Shown: positions 1-13,140 of the stretch, one piece after another
How positions within the stretch are numbered: the first letter of the stretch is position 1
Layout: each line of letters starts with the position of its first letter
NCBI RefSeq assembly: GCF_000143415.4
Contig: NW_003314333.1
Span: forward strand, 434,001 to 498,000
Origin: Selaginella moellendorffii
Taxonomy: Eukaryota > Plantae > Lycopodiophyta
DNA: 64,000 nt
Reading direction: 5' to 3'
Notes under the pieces: model-generated
Databases searched by the model: none
What the model was told of the DNA's origin: nothing
What the model saw: only the letters and a program-made list of their open reading frames with translations
Program-made: the position numbers and the translations under genes

Positions 1-708
1 GCCTACTTAGCTCGTCCCTTAGATTCAGAGTAGCATTCAGAGGAACGTAAGTTGCACGGATCCTCGCCTTCATCATTTCCCAAGTGGCCACCGGTCCTTC
101 GTTGGCCTCTGTCATTCTCCACCAAGACTTGGCATTATCTGCCAAGTATGGTTTTGCACATGGGACCTTCTCCGAGCTCGGTAATCGCAATGCTCGGAAG
201 TAGTCCTCCATATCATAAAACCAATCTTCCACCACCTTATAGTCGTTCACTCCCTTGAAGACCAGTGGGGGCTTTGGTTTGTACTTGGGAACTGCCTGAG
301 GGACTGATTCCACTTCGGTCTGTTCGACCTTGTCTAGTTTTGCCTCAGTCCCTGCCGAAGGGTCCGCACCTTCTGCGCTGCCAGCATCCATTGTCTTTGG
401 CTTTTTCTTCCGCTTCTCATCACGCTTTAGCTTGTGTACTAGAGTCTCCAGCAGGGCATTGGTCTGTGCCAATTGTCCTTCTAGAACGTCCAATCGAGCC
501 TTGGACGACCGAACCTCACCACCAGACTCCTGTTTGGAAGTTGCCTCACTGGAGTCCTCCTCATGCAAGGATTCCTCATCCATAGCCTCCTGTTCGACCG
601 AAGGCTCCAGCTCTGGAGGAGGTTCCGTCTCTGCCTGGGTTCGCTTACGTCCTACCCTTGCCATCTCCCAGCAATCCGCCTCTATCCTTTGCTAGAACTG
701 AGGAAGAG
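1..708 (-). pseudogene. 5' internal (gag-like) region of Ty3/gypsy family B element, continuing left of the window
   Basis: Lies directly inside the PBS (709-720) of the minus-strand LTR at 724-1886. The minus strand reads an acidic, coiled-coil-like stretch (…EPSVEQEAMDEESLHEEDSS…LDVLEGQLAQTNALLETL…) with stops. Confidence 0.55.
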
Positions 709-723
709 GCTCCGATACCAAAT

Positions 724-1886
724 TGTAAGCCACAAATTTTTCCTTTCCAATTTGCTAGCTTACCTCGTCTATCCGACCAACTCTGCCTTGGCTTGTGCTA
801 AGTTCCCTCGCCAAGGTTCCCGCTTATGGTACTAGCTCCTACTTGGTCCTACTTGGTTTCAACTACTCACTGCACGAGCAACGGAGGGTTAGCCATCCAT
901 CTACGGATTCCCAAATCTCTCCCAATCCCCCTCCCCGGGTTAGACTGGACTTAAGGTTTTGCTACACTCCCCGCAGGCACAAGCAGCCAAGCACACCAAG
1001 CCTCCAAATTCCTAACACCCCTTGGTACCACGAGACTTGATCATGGGACCCTCTAAATCCCAAGTCTTGGGTGCAGCACTTGCTTCGGGATGTCAGGGCA
1101 AAACACGCGTGGCCTAACGCCCTGGTATGGGTACTTTTACCCCCCCATTTCCTTCCGGAAGGGAAGGCCCAAGCCCCTAGGAAGGGGGGGGCCCAATGAC
1201 CCCCAAGGTTTTCAAGGGGGGCCCCCCTCCCCATGACCCGGGAGCCCCCCATTGGTTTTCCTTTTGGGGAGGGGGAGCTGTTTTTGAGCCTTTCCCGGGG
1301 GGGCCCCTCGGGCCCCCTTAAAGCCCATGTTCATTTCCCCCCAAGGCCCTTGGGCCCCGTTTTAAACCTAAAGTCATTTTGGAACCCCCCCTGGAGAGTT
1401 CCTTAAAGACGGGTTCCGGGCCCCCACTATCCCTAATATATTTTGGGAACCCCCTGCAGCCCCCCCCCCCCCCTGGGAGACGCATGCTTTGGGCTTTCAC
1501 CCCTTGACCCGTATTAGTATTTGGACTTAGTCTCTGGCTCGATCTCGGACCTGATTTCGGATCTGACTTCGGATTCGGTCTCGGACTCGATCTCGGACTC
1601 GATCTCAGACCCGATCTCGGACCCGACCTCGGACTCGACTTCGGACTCGGTCTCGGACCCGATTTCGGATCTCGGACTCCGTCTCGAACTTGGTCTCGAA
1701 CTCGGACTCGAACTCGGTCCCCGAGTCGGTCTCAGACTCAATTCTGGACTCTATCTCGAACTCGGTCCTAGAGTCGGTCTTGGACTCGATCTTCGACTTG
1801 GTCCCATCCGATGAACTCTTTGTCATTTTGGTCATGCTTTTGGGGTTCCTTTAGCCTACGACACCTCGACGAGTTGGTTCCTTACA
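724..1886 (-). mobile_element. 5' LTR of Ty3/gypsy family B element
   Basis: TGTAAG…CTTACA termini. The adjacent GCTCCGATACCA (709-720) is the reverse complement of an iMet PBS (TGGTATCGGAGC). The reverse complement is highly similar to the LTR at 39996-41117. Contains a GGACTC/GGTCTC-type repeat tract at ~1520-1800. Confidence 0.9.
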
Positions 1887-2920
1887 GCTGTATGTTTTGG
1901 TGTAGTCTAGCCCATGAACTTCAGAGAAACCATGAGCTACAAAATGTGCTTTATAACATTCCACTGTGCCATTAGCTCTGTACTTGCATTTAAATTGCCA
2001 CTTGGCTGCAATGAGTTTATGACCTGGAGGAAGAAGGATCAATATCCAGGTCTAATTCTTCTATAGTGAATCATACTCCTCTTTCATTGCTAGACTGTTG
2101 AGCACCAAAAGTTATTTCATCTGGCTGGACACCATTGAGTAGCATCCAACAAAAACACTCAAGAGCAGAGATGAAGGAGAAGAACTTGCCTGGCCGATTT
2201 TGAGGAAGAGATTTACATCAAAGGAGGTTGTGGTGAGAATCTATCAGGTTCAAACACAACATGTATGCCCCAGTAGAAATTACCATGATGAGTAGTGCAA
2301 GTTGGAGTTGTAGCTATGCTTCTTGAGCTTTGGTAGAAAGCTTGATTTTTTGTCTAGAGTATGTTGCAGTCCACTAGTTTTTACTAGAGGAGATGGAGTG
2401 GTCATCACCACGTGTGATGGAAGAAGAACCTCATCACCATCCATAATGTTCTCCACAAGAGTATAGATGGTCTGATCTTCGGGCTAATGAGCAGCAAAAG
2501 GGCCAAAAGGAGCAAGAGATGAAGAAGCACCATCAAAGTTGTTACCAGGATTGGGAAGTGTTACTCCTCCTGGAGGTATAGTGGCTTCTCTTGGATTGAT
2601 AGGGACTCCTCCTTGATTACTAAGGTGGTGGATCTTTCACTTATCCTAGACAACATTCCTAAGCCCTTGGCACTGCTCATTTCTCTAGCTCAAGGAGGAG
2701 TGTCTACTTTATTTATGGCGATAGAGACGAGTCTCATTAAAGACTACATCACGACTTATCATGAGCTTTTAGTAATCAAAGTTGTAAAGGCTGTAGGCCT
2801 TCATCTAATCATGGTACCCCAAGAAGAAACATTTCTTGCTGTTAGGATTGAGTTTCTTTTGATGCACATCATGAATGTGGGCATATGCCATACACCCAAA
2901 AATGCATATTTGACCTAATT
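1887..2920 (-). pseudogene. Ty1/copia pol fragment (integrase C-terminus and RT N-terminus), degenerate
   Basis: Minus-strand IFGCMAYAHIHDVHQKKLNPNSKKCFFLGY and LLPPGHKLIAAKWQFKCKYRANGTVECYKAHFVAHGFSEVHGLDYTKTY are copia pol motifs. Truncated at the LTR junction. Confidence 0.85.
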
Positions 2921-4339
2921 TTGTTAGGGCGTGCCATTGAGTAAGAGAGGGAATATTCTGATCCTCAGAATATTCCTTATCTTCCTTGTATAAAACCCTT
3001 GCTCTTGTGGGGCAAGGGGGGGGGGGGGGGGGAAGGCATTTTTTGGAAAACATTCAAGCATTTCTCGTGTTTGAGCGAGCGTTGGGGGAGGCGCCCCTCC
3101 TTCCCCCAACAAATGGTGAACCTGGCATGATGCATAGCACTCTCTGGGCATCATTTCTCTCTTTTTCTTTTGGGCTGCAAACTTTGGGAAGGAATTCCTT
3201 GTCCGTCTTGTGGTGGTTTTGTTTAATCTTGGGCGTGTTGGATAGGTCTGAAGCTCTTCTTTCCAACAAGGTATGGCACTCATCAAGTTGTGCAATATTT
3301 GAAGAGATAAAACGTTTCTTGGCTCGGTTTAAGGAACAATTTGAGGTTTTCACTTTCTCGCCTGGATCCTCGGCCCAATTTCTCAAGGTAGTGCATTTGG
3401 GCTTGTAGATCTAGCCTAGATCTATGAGTAGTGGTGATTCTTGGCACTAGATTTAGGCAAATTGGCTACATGCAAAAGGATTTTCTTCTCTAGCTAGATT
3501 AGGTCATCTTTGTAGCAGGAATTCGTACTCCTCTAGGCTTTGTTTTAGACGCCATTTGTTTCTAGAGGTGCTCCTGGTCTTAGGCTTTCCAGAAATACTA
3601 ACGACGCCTCAATATCAAATTACATCAGTGACATGCACACGTTTTTCCACAATATTAGCATTTTGGGCTACCTCTTTGTGGATTTCAGGGAATATTGAGG
3701 TAGCTTCTTCCCAAATTCTTGTGATAAAGGGTAGACGGAGCTAAGTCCTTTCCAATGAGCCCACCAACAGTCAAAATGGGGAAGGATCGAGACTAAAGGA
3801 CTCATCTTTCTCTTTTGGGCTAAACTTTGTTGGAGGTTCTTTGGGAATGAAGCAATCTTCAAGGAACAGGTAGGCGTAGGGACAGGAACAAGGGTAGCAA
3901 GAACAAGGGTTGGTGTAGGAACAAGGATAGGAGTTGGTGTTGAAGTAGGCGCAAAAGTAGGAGTGAGAGCAGGTGGTTACTGGTTACAGGTCCCTAGTTA
4001 CCGGTTGCCAGTTACCAGCTACTCCAGTGGCTACTTCAGTGGCTACCCTACGGGTCAATGGCTACGTGTGTTTAAGGCCTACATCTCGTTCCATTTCGAC
4101 CCTTATTTCTCTTCGTCATAGGCATGATGGGCAACATTGAGCAACTTGAGCACTATCCTACAGTCTTCTTGCTCCTATCAACCCTGTTGCCTTGACTGGG
4201 CATTTGCAGTGTTTGGGGTATTTGATGCCGGTACAAACTAGACTTACTGGAAGCTTACTGGAAGTAGTGTTGGGATTGCAGAGTAGTCCAAGATGAGCAA
4301 CAGGGGATCACGGCATTCACAGCAGGTCTACATGGGAAC

Positions 4340-7300
4340 TTGCAACGGAAACTTCTTAAGAAGATATTCAGGTCTTGTTGTGAGGCATTTTTGTTTGCCA
4401 CGAAGTTGGAAAGAGAGCTTCTTGTCGACCTAAGGATTGCTAGAGTTGATTTTGACCAAGCCATCACCTCGTTAGACTCACCTTGTGCAGCTGTTTGCCT
4501 GTCCACAATAAAGCCCGTCGCTATTGAGCATACACCTCCAGCTATTGAGAACATTGCCAATGAGATGAGGCAGCTGAAGGAGATCATTCTTCAGCAACAA
4601 TCACACCATGACAAATTGCTCCAGAAGCTAGTGGAGTCTAGGAAAGAGGCCGCTACTGCTCGGAAATGTAGATTTAGGTCCCATTGGTGCACTCACTGCG
4701 AGACGAACACACACAACACACAGCGCTGCTTCAAGCTTCACCCAGAGCTTCGGCCTCCACCTTCCCAACATGTCCAACAACATCCCTTTGCTGATAATTC
4801 CACATCATCTCGGGGTCCAAAGACATACCAGGAGTAGTTGGAGCGACAAGCAATTGAGACAGCCCCTTTGTCAAGCAAAGGCAAGGCACCCGCTTCATTG
4901 GTCAACATGATTTTGGTAGCCGAGGAACTCTATAGGCAATAGCAGCAAACCATAGCCACTCAAGCCCAAGTGAAGAAGAAGGTAGCTGCTCAGCCTACCA
5001 CAGATCCCCCAGCGCCGGTTGAGAGCGAATCTCCGTTAGCATCAGGCCTAGTGACACAGAGGGTGGCTTGTAAGCTCCCTTTCAAGTTACTACTCTCTTC
5101 TCCTTCTGAGCCCTCACCAACAGCTAGTCCTATTCTGGAGCCGGTGCTTCAACAGCTGGTCGACACTCCTGTCACCTTTTCGCTCTGAGACATGTTGTGT
5201 CTTGTCCCGGGATTCAGCCAGTGTTTAGAGGAGTTTGCATGGTCAAGAACACCAGAGAGCACTCTCAAGAGGATTCCTCAAGAGGTGCACATTGTCAACA
5301 TGACAAGATATGGTGGAGATCCTGGTCCATTCTTTGTCACGGTGCAAATTGGTACTTCCTCTTGTAGGATGGATGCTTTGGTTGACTCCAGTTCTGGATG
5401 AAACATTATCTCTCTCAAAGCTGCCCTTTCAACACAGCTACAGATCACTGAGAGCTCCTCCATCGTGCTCAAGACCTTCACTAACCACATTGTTCCTCGA
5501 ACGGGCATTTGCTGTGGTGTCAAGGTCTCAGTGTAGGGTGTTATTTCTGAGATAGAATTCCTCGTGGTTGACTACCAACGTCTTGGAACATCCTCTTTGA
5601 AGGACCCTATCATCCTTGGCCACTCATGGCAAGTCATAGCCCATTGCACCATTGACAGCACACAGGGCAAGATAGAAATTAGCGATGGAACCCATAGCAC
5701 CACCTTTCTCAACAACCACGGTAGAGCTCTTTCTCAGCAAGCCTAGCAGGCTCAGACTAAGATGGCCTCCACACCACACTTCCCTCCCGAGCTCACAAAG
5801 GTTTTTCCTAAGTTGGTGGTGGAGTCGACCATCTAGATGACGGATGCTTTCTCCTGCAATGCGATTGACATGGTTGGAGGTGAGTCAGATAGCCTGAGAC
5901 ATCTCTCAACTTCACTCTCTTTATTTGAGAGTAAGGCCGAGCCTCTAGCCACACCCTCTTTATTTGATGGCAGGGTTTATAGAGTACGGGCTCCCATATC
6001 CAGCTTTTCGGAGTGTTTCTTGATAGAGGAAGGGCTCCTTGATTCGTTTCTTGCATGGGACCAACTCCCTCTTATGGAGCTTGATGACACGGTCACTCCA
6101 GACCAGGTCCATCTTTCGCAAGACACAGCCGAACTCAATCCTCCTCAGCAACTATCTGAGGTGTCACACAGCCAGCATCTTCCTACAAAAATCACGGTAG
6201 CTGATGACTTCGAGCGTATTTTGTCATGCCATTTGTTGGAGATGGAAGAAGACATCCAGACACACAACTAGCAGAAAGAATCAAACCAATCTGACATGCT
6301 ACATGCGAGTTATAGCTCTTTGAGTTCAAAATTTCCTACCGTGGAGCCCCCGGTACTCCAACCACCAGAACGACAACTCCCTTTCAAAATTTACATCACA
6401 ATGGGTACAGAGGCTTTTGGAGTATGCCTTTGCAAATGTTCACAGCCTGGCAAGCCACCACATGCAACATATTATGCCTCACATTCGTTCAAGGAGACCG
6501 AGAAGAATTTACGTGGATGCGGAAAAAGAGGCAATGGCTGTTGTTTACACCTTGGAGCGATTTTGTCACTTTCTTGCTGGAGCCTGTATCCATTTCCACG
6601 TCTATTTTAAAGTGCTAACCTTTCTTTTACAGCGACCGGTTCACAATCCTTGTACTTTATCTTGGATTGTGACCATCCAAGAGTTCCAACCAACTTTTCA
6701 TATGCGGTGGAAGCGTGTGATGGATCCGAGCGAGTTCCTAGTTGCTGAAGTTACTTCCTTTGTGGTCCCAGCAGCATTACAAGACATTGCAGTGTACCTG
6801 GATTCAAGTCAGTTCCCAGCAGATTCCTCACCAGTACAACAAAAGGCATTGCAGATCCGAGCATGGGGGTTTTGCCTTCTCGACGGACACCTTTACAGGA
6901 GGACTTCTCAGGAAGTTCTGTTGCAGTGTGTGGGTGAACACGAAGTCCCTGAGCTCCTTCGCGCTTTCCACTCTTGTGCGGGGCATTTCTCGGGACGGGT
7001 CATAGCACAGCTCCTCTTGCACCATGGCTACTTTTGGCCTCGAATTCACCAAGACAGCTTGGCGTATGCAAAGGCATGTGAGCAGTGCCAACGGTTCAAC
7101 CCCTGTAGCCATGTTCCATGTTTTCCTTTCCAGCTCATCACTTCTCCAGGTCCCTTTTTCCAGTGGGGACTTGACTTCGTCGGCCCGATCAACCCACCGA
7201 GCTCAGAAGGGCAGCGATACATCATCGTGGAGATGGACTATTTCACAAAATGGGTTGAGGTCACCCCTCTATGACAAGCAGATCAATAGTCTACAGGAAA

Positions 7301-8010
7301 GTTTATCTACGAGTACATCATTTGCCAATTCGGAGTTCCCGTTGTTTTGATTTCTGATCAAGGTAGCATTGGACAAGTGATGTAGCATCTTCTCTAGCAG
7401 CTGCAGGTCAAGCACGTGAAGAGTAGGAGCTATTATCCTGAGTGCAATGGCCAGGCAGAGTCCAGCAACAAGATATTGAAGACAGTCATCTCAAAGCTTG
7501 TGGAGGATCACTTGAGGCGTTGGCACGAGCACTTGGTTACATCATTCTGGGCCTTTCGGACGTCCTTCAAGACATCCATTTCCACAACCCCATTCTGCCT
7601 TGTCTATGGGACAAAGGTTGTGCTTCCAGTGGAGATCTAGGTGCTATCACTCTCACTTTCACTTCGATACGTAGCAGCGATGTAGCTTAGCGATGAGGAC
7701 AAGCTTCATGCACGTGACTTGGAGGTTCTTGCCTTGGAAGAACAGCGACGATCCATGACTGAACATCTCCTTCGAGGCAAGTAGAAGATCAAGTCAGTCA
7801 TTGATCACTAGTGGTCTGCCGAACCATTCAAGGATGGCGATCTTGTTCTACTCAAGGAGTTCACACCATCTTCGAAGTTTTGCCCTTGCTGGACTGGTCC
7901 TTACTTTGTCCAGTGACACATCGGAGGTGGAGCATATGTGCTAGTTGATGCTAATGATGTGAGTTCCCACACGCTCACAACCACTCTCATCTCAAATGCT
8001 TCATCCGGTG
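4340..8010 (+). pseudogene. Ty3/gypsy-type gag-protease-RNaseH-integrase, degenerate, no RT visible
   Basis: Zn-knuckle-like WCTHCETNTHNTQRC; protease ALVDSSSG (~5370); RNase H (PVLQPP…PFKIY…YYASHSFKETEKN/AEKEAMAVVYTL); integrase zinc finger (FHSCAGHFSG…GYFWPRI…CEQCQR) and core (QWGLDFVGP, YYPECNGQAE). Many stops and frameshifts. Confidence 0.85.
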
Positions 8011-8374
8011 AGGCGTTCCTCTTCTCTTCTTTTTCTTTTTCTTTTTCTTCCTTTCTTTCACTTTACTTTCATGGCTACTTTTCTTACTTTTAGGGGGTGT
8101 TTCTCCATTGGGGGTTGGGTAATTTTTGAGCTGAGCTCAAGTCAAGAAAGTCAATGAAAGTCAAAGGAAGTCAATACAATCCCCTAACTAGCGAAAGTTT
8201 AATGGCAATACCTTAGTTCGTCCCGAACCAAGAATTTTTAACATAAAATCTAGGTGTTTAAGGTATTCCATAAGCTCATGTAGATTATTGGTTCGACATG
8301 AACTAATCTTTTAGTCTACAAAAAAAGAAAATAATATATTAAACAATATAATTTATATTAAAATCAGAATATAT

Positions 8375-11300
8375 TCAATCTTCTTCTGCTTCCATATCCA
8401 GAAAAGTAGAAATGGGTATAGTGGAATGCTCCTTCACTATAGGCTCGTGTTGTATGTAATGTTGTGCCATACGTTCAGCATAAATAGGTAAGTGGAATTG
8501 ACTTCGGTCCATATGATCATCCATATCATCAAGATCAAGCGTGTGGACTGAAACACTGTGTGTGATAAGTGTAGACCTAATAAAATAGAAACATTTGAGA
8601 ATAAATATTATAGATTATTTCAAGCACTAACATCACCTGTCGCAAAATCTCCTAAGAATGTCCTCAAAGGCACCCTCCTTCTCAAGTGCAAAAATCGCTC
8701 GACCTGTCTCTTTTGCTGCCTGCACCATTGATCCAAATCCTGCTGTAGCATCAAGCACAATCCCCTTTAGCGGACAGAATAACTCCAACAAGATTTGCAT
8801 GGCCATGACCGAATGATGTCGATAACCAGGGAACGTTGGGTGAAGAACGTCCGAGTCAATCACATTTGGGATGATGTCTGTAGAGCTGTCATATCCTGGT
8901 AAAGCAAGAGCAACACGCTCGTCAGCTCATATGGCATTATGCTAGTTCCCAATGTGGCATAAAACATGGTAGTTCCAGGAATAAATCTGGAAAAAAAAAT
9001 AGAATAGAGTTAATTTATAAATAAAGAAGTCACACACCTTTCGCGTCTGCCTGCTAGTGCCTTTTGTGTCCACCGCCATACTCAAAAGAAGGCAGCCAGA
9101 TGAAAACTCAACAAATCCATCATTGTTGTCAGCCAAGTGTGCGAGAAGGCCTTCCCACATTAGAGAGCGAGGAAGGATCATGACAACCACACCCTCGTAT
9201 GTCATGAAGCTACTCGCAACCTTTAAGGCTTGGGAAATGTGTTGCGCCTGCAACACATTCCATGACGGAGTATCCCCCTGCAGTGGTGGCATCCCATCGG
9301 GAAGATCAAAAAAGATGAAATCGATCTTCCCATAAGGTGTGAGCTGACCCAAACCATGGATCCACCGATCAAGCATGTAGAGCTCCCGACTAGTAGCATC
9401 TAAAAGCTGTGTGTAATCCCCAATGAGAACAGCAACTTCCCCAACACTGGCCGTTGGGGATAGAGGGCAAACCTGAAAATCAACTATTAGAACTTGAAGA
9501 TAAAATTCATGCTTACTAACCTGTTTATGCATCACTGCAGAAGAGAGCTCTTCTAGGTCGTCATCTGTAGCCGTAGGGAGGGATGGGAAGAATGTCTTAG
9601 TCTGCCGAAAAGACTGATGGCTGCTCTCTGCAACATCTATAAAAAAAAAAGTGAAGTCAAGAATGAATAAAAGAATATTCCAAATCAAAGTCCTTACTCT
9701 CATGAAAGGCTTCATGACAGCCCCTTCGGGGGTTGCGAGGAGTAGGTACTGGAATCTCTTGTGCTGGAATTTCCTGTACAATTTCCTCTGGTTCAACGGT
9801 ATTTGAATTTGGCATCTCATAAATGGTTTCCTGAGTGCTGACTCCTAGGTTTAGTTGTTGAACTTCAACAACATCGTTATCACAGTCAGAAAGAGCCTCT
9901 GGAAAATAAGAATATAACTCAAGGTTAATATTTCCTAGCTAAGTGCTGAGTTTCAAGTGAACCTGGATGACATTCAAGGTAGAGATCTAGCTCGAAGTCC
10001 GATGTTGGCATCTGCTCCACGAGTTCAAGGTACCACGGGCATAGCTCCCTCTCATGTGTACAAGGACAGTAGAACTCTGGCTCATACATCCCAAGCTTCC
10101 TGCTTCTAGTCAGGAGTTTCTGCAAAACACCGGTTGTGTATAACGGTGGGCCGGGGCAATATTTTAAATATCTACAAAGTAAAACAAAAATATAAATACC
10201 AATATATAAATGAGAATTGAAAAAATACCTGTAAACCATGTGCCTCACAAGAAATGGTTGTCCTGGTTGGTTCTTGAACTCAGCCGAACTCGTCCCACCA
10301 CGTGGAAGCCAACCATTCCCTAGCTCCGCAAGACAAGCACAAATATATTCTTCGAGAGTGATACCTGTGTAGGTGCTGGAAAGAAACTTCTCATCCCAGA
10401 CTTGTAGCATCTCCTCACCAGTGGCAATACTCTGAGAAATGTATGCCTTCTCCTTCATCACCTTCTCCATCCTTATCTTGCAGCGTTTTTCGTTGTTTTG
10501 CAGCCAAGTGTTGAGAAGTTCCAAGCAGACACTTTGTTCAGCAAAGGACATTTTACACTTCGAGATGTTGTAAATGAGTTCCTCCGGTGCTTTACCAGTT
10601 CCTACACACACAATGAGTTATGAAATATTTCACAAATTTTATAAGAACTTACGAACGCGAGAACAAATCTTGGCAATGCTATCAAGCCATTCCTGCCTGC
10701 GTCGTATGTCTACAATCAAGAGCAACTTTTTCACCTTTGTTCTCTTCGTATTCAAAATTCGCTGCTCAATCGCATGCCACTCCATCTCCTTCTGCTGCTC
10801 GTCTCCTCGGGCATTTTTAAAGAATGACGCTCTTTCTCCTTTGATTATGGGCTGCAAGAAACATTATGTAAGTCGATACATACTTCAATACTAATTTACC
10901 TTCACCCAGACAGAAACTAGAAAATCAAGTGGCAGTTGGTACCAAGTCTGCAATTCTTGGCCTTTCCTAGCTGCTAGCTTCACTCGAATTGCTTCAAATA
11001 CCTCACGATTGTACAACGTTTGGACCTCCTCTAGTGAGAGCATGCCAATAAACTGAAGGTGCTCAATGTCATGTACCAATATATGAGCTTGAAACGCAAA
11101 TTGGTTTAGCCTGCAAAAACACGATATTAGCTAAGTTTACAAAAAAAAAATTCTTACATATTGATCTTATGGCATGCCATGTTGAGCTTCACAGTGTGCT
11201 CTCGAGTCATTGGTTCGACAAGTGTGACTGAAACACTAATGTGTCGTTCTTCGTCATCTCAAAACTTCTCTTGAATGCACTTCCAAAATGCTAGCCACCT

Positions 11301-12086
11301 ATGGTTTCCATCGATCACCCAAAAGAGCTTTCCAATGAACCCTGCTGTCTCCACATGTTGTCCTAAGAATCCATCAAACTCACGAGACTTTCGCAGCCAT
11401 ATAGGATCCCATTTTTCCTCAAGTTCAGTAGTCACTGACTCTGTCTGGCCGGTTCCAGGGAAAGTTGGTGAAACGATGAAGGTACCAGCTGTGCTCCCAA
11501 ACCCGACCTCGGCAAAGGAGCTGTAGATAGCCATGTTGAGGTCATAAGCTGAGTGCACCCAATGGCTTTGAACCAATCGGCACAAAGGAACTAGAAATCG
11601 ATGAGGGCCATTCCACGCCATTTCCTGTAACACTTTACTGACTGTCCATTCTTGAGCTTGGATAATCGTGTCCCGAACACGATCATTCAAGATGGTGTCA
11701 GAATCATGCATGCATAATCCCTCACCACCACTAGCTCCCCCTGCACCACCAGCCTGAGGAGCAGTAGGAGCAGCTACCATACCCCCAGTAGCCTCTGTAG
11801 TAGATCCACCTACAACGCTACCAATAACGTCCTCAGCTGGTTCATCGACCTGGCCGCGAACAGCCTCAGCAACCAAAGGCACAGCACCCCCACCACCGCT
11901 AACATCAGATGCAAGTACCCCACCACCAGTACCTACAGCCTCAGGAGCACCAATACCAACAGCCTCAATAACACCAACATCGATTTGAGTGTTCATCTCA
12001 ACATCCACATCATTGTTATGCTCATCGTTGCCTCCAGCATGACTAGCCAAAACTTCATTAGATACTTGAGATGAATTTCCACTCAA
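8375..12086 (-). pseudogene. Multi-exon ParB/Srx-like domain + beta-class N6A/N4C DNA methyltransferase gene (nonsense-disrupted)
   Basis: ParB-like FWVIDGNHRWLAF (~11280-11320). MTase motif IV region KIDFIFFDLPDG (DLPD at 9296-9307) precedes motifs X-I-II (QILLELFCPLKGIVLDATAGFGSMVQAAKETGRAIFALEKE, ~8680-8800), which is the beta-class order. Short GT-AG introns (e.g. 11111-11157). In-frame stops at 11259-11261, 8942-8944 and 8927-8929, each one C>T change from CGA or CAG. Exon limits are approximate. Confidence 0.8.
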
Positions 12087-12373
12087 TCGGCCAAGCCCAC
12101 AGTGATCAAGGCGGCTGCCTTTTCCTGGAGATCGAGACCATTGAGGCTGGCCTTGGCGCTTCCTCTAAAATAAAAAGCAAAACTATTATAACATCTAACT
12201 TGTAATGTAAAGAAAACCTGTGGCATTTTAAGTTCAAGTCCCTTGTTGGAAGTTTTAGGCAGTCAAGCTTGATTTATATCTGCTCTCACAAGAAAAGTTT
12301 ATAAGTAAAAGATGTGAAAAATAAATTGTAAACTACAAGAAATGCAAAGGAAAAAAACATAAGTCACTGGGAG

Positions 12374-12897
12374 AGGTTGGTTCGCGCGAGAACTGACCTC
12401 ACCCTATCTCTCGAGAAAAAGGAAAAACACAACAAGAATACGGGAGAGGTCGGTTCGCGCAAGAACCGACATCTTCCACCCTCTACTTTTCACATGAAAT
12501 GCCCCATTAAGTCAATGAAATAAAAAAAAAACGTTGAAGATGTTGGTTCGCACAAGAACCAACATTTCAATCTCTCTCTGTTTTCTGAAATATAGAAATC
12601 TCACTACTAGAAACATGAAAAAAATCAAGAAAGCTCGCTTCTAGAAAAAATGAAGGTGGGGAGACATCGGTTCACGCGCGAACCAATCTTTCCCACCCCT
12701 TCAACAAGGAAAAAAAATAAAAAAACGAGGTAGAGATGGGCAAAAAGCTAAACAGAAAATGAAATAGAATGCTAGGAGATGTCGGTTCGCACAAGAACCA
12801 ACATCTCTATCCCTCAAGAGAAAACAAAAGTTGAGAAAATAGAAACTTCTAATGGAAGAAAGAAAGTGAGGAGACGTCGGTTCGCGCGCGAACCGAC
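12374..12897. repeat. Array of six palindromic GGTTC-N6-GAACC motifs
   Basis: Cores at 12379, 12452, 12545, 12669, 12784 and 12879. The copy at 12876-12897 is the perfect palindrome GTCGGTTCGCGCGCGAACCGAC. Related N5-spaced versions occur at ~8215, ~8290 and ~24702. Confidence 0.9.
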
Positions 12898-13140
12898 CTT
12901 CTCAAGGAAGCATACCTTGTTTGAGGAGCGTCTTGAAGCACATTGCTTGATTGAAGCACCTTTCTCTCGCCCTTCCCTGCTCAAGCGCGCCTTTCTTTCG
13001 CCCTTTGCTGCTCAAACCCTAGGCGTAAAACCCTAAAAATCAACGGACGCGATCAACAGTCACGATCAATGGCCATGATTTTCATTCTCTTTGATGGTGA
13101 TCAATGGACACAATCATTCAATGCTTTAGATATTAAGATA

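Noticed and set aside
1100-1480. Locally hyper-diverged, homopolymer-rich part of the LTR compared with 40380-40740
   Set aside because: Inflated G/C/T runs resemble low-quality read sequence rather than biology.
8375-12086. Bacterial contamination or prophage as the source of the ParB-MTase
   Set aside because: The gene has GT-AG introns and lies within plant-type MULE TIRs and a TSD.
12374-12897. CRISPR-like array (palindromic repeats with unique spacers)
   Set aside because: Repeats are degenerate, spacers vary in length and are A-rich, there are no cas genes, and the context is a eukaryotic transposon.
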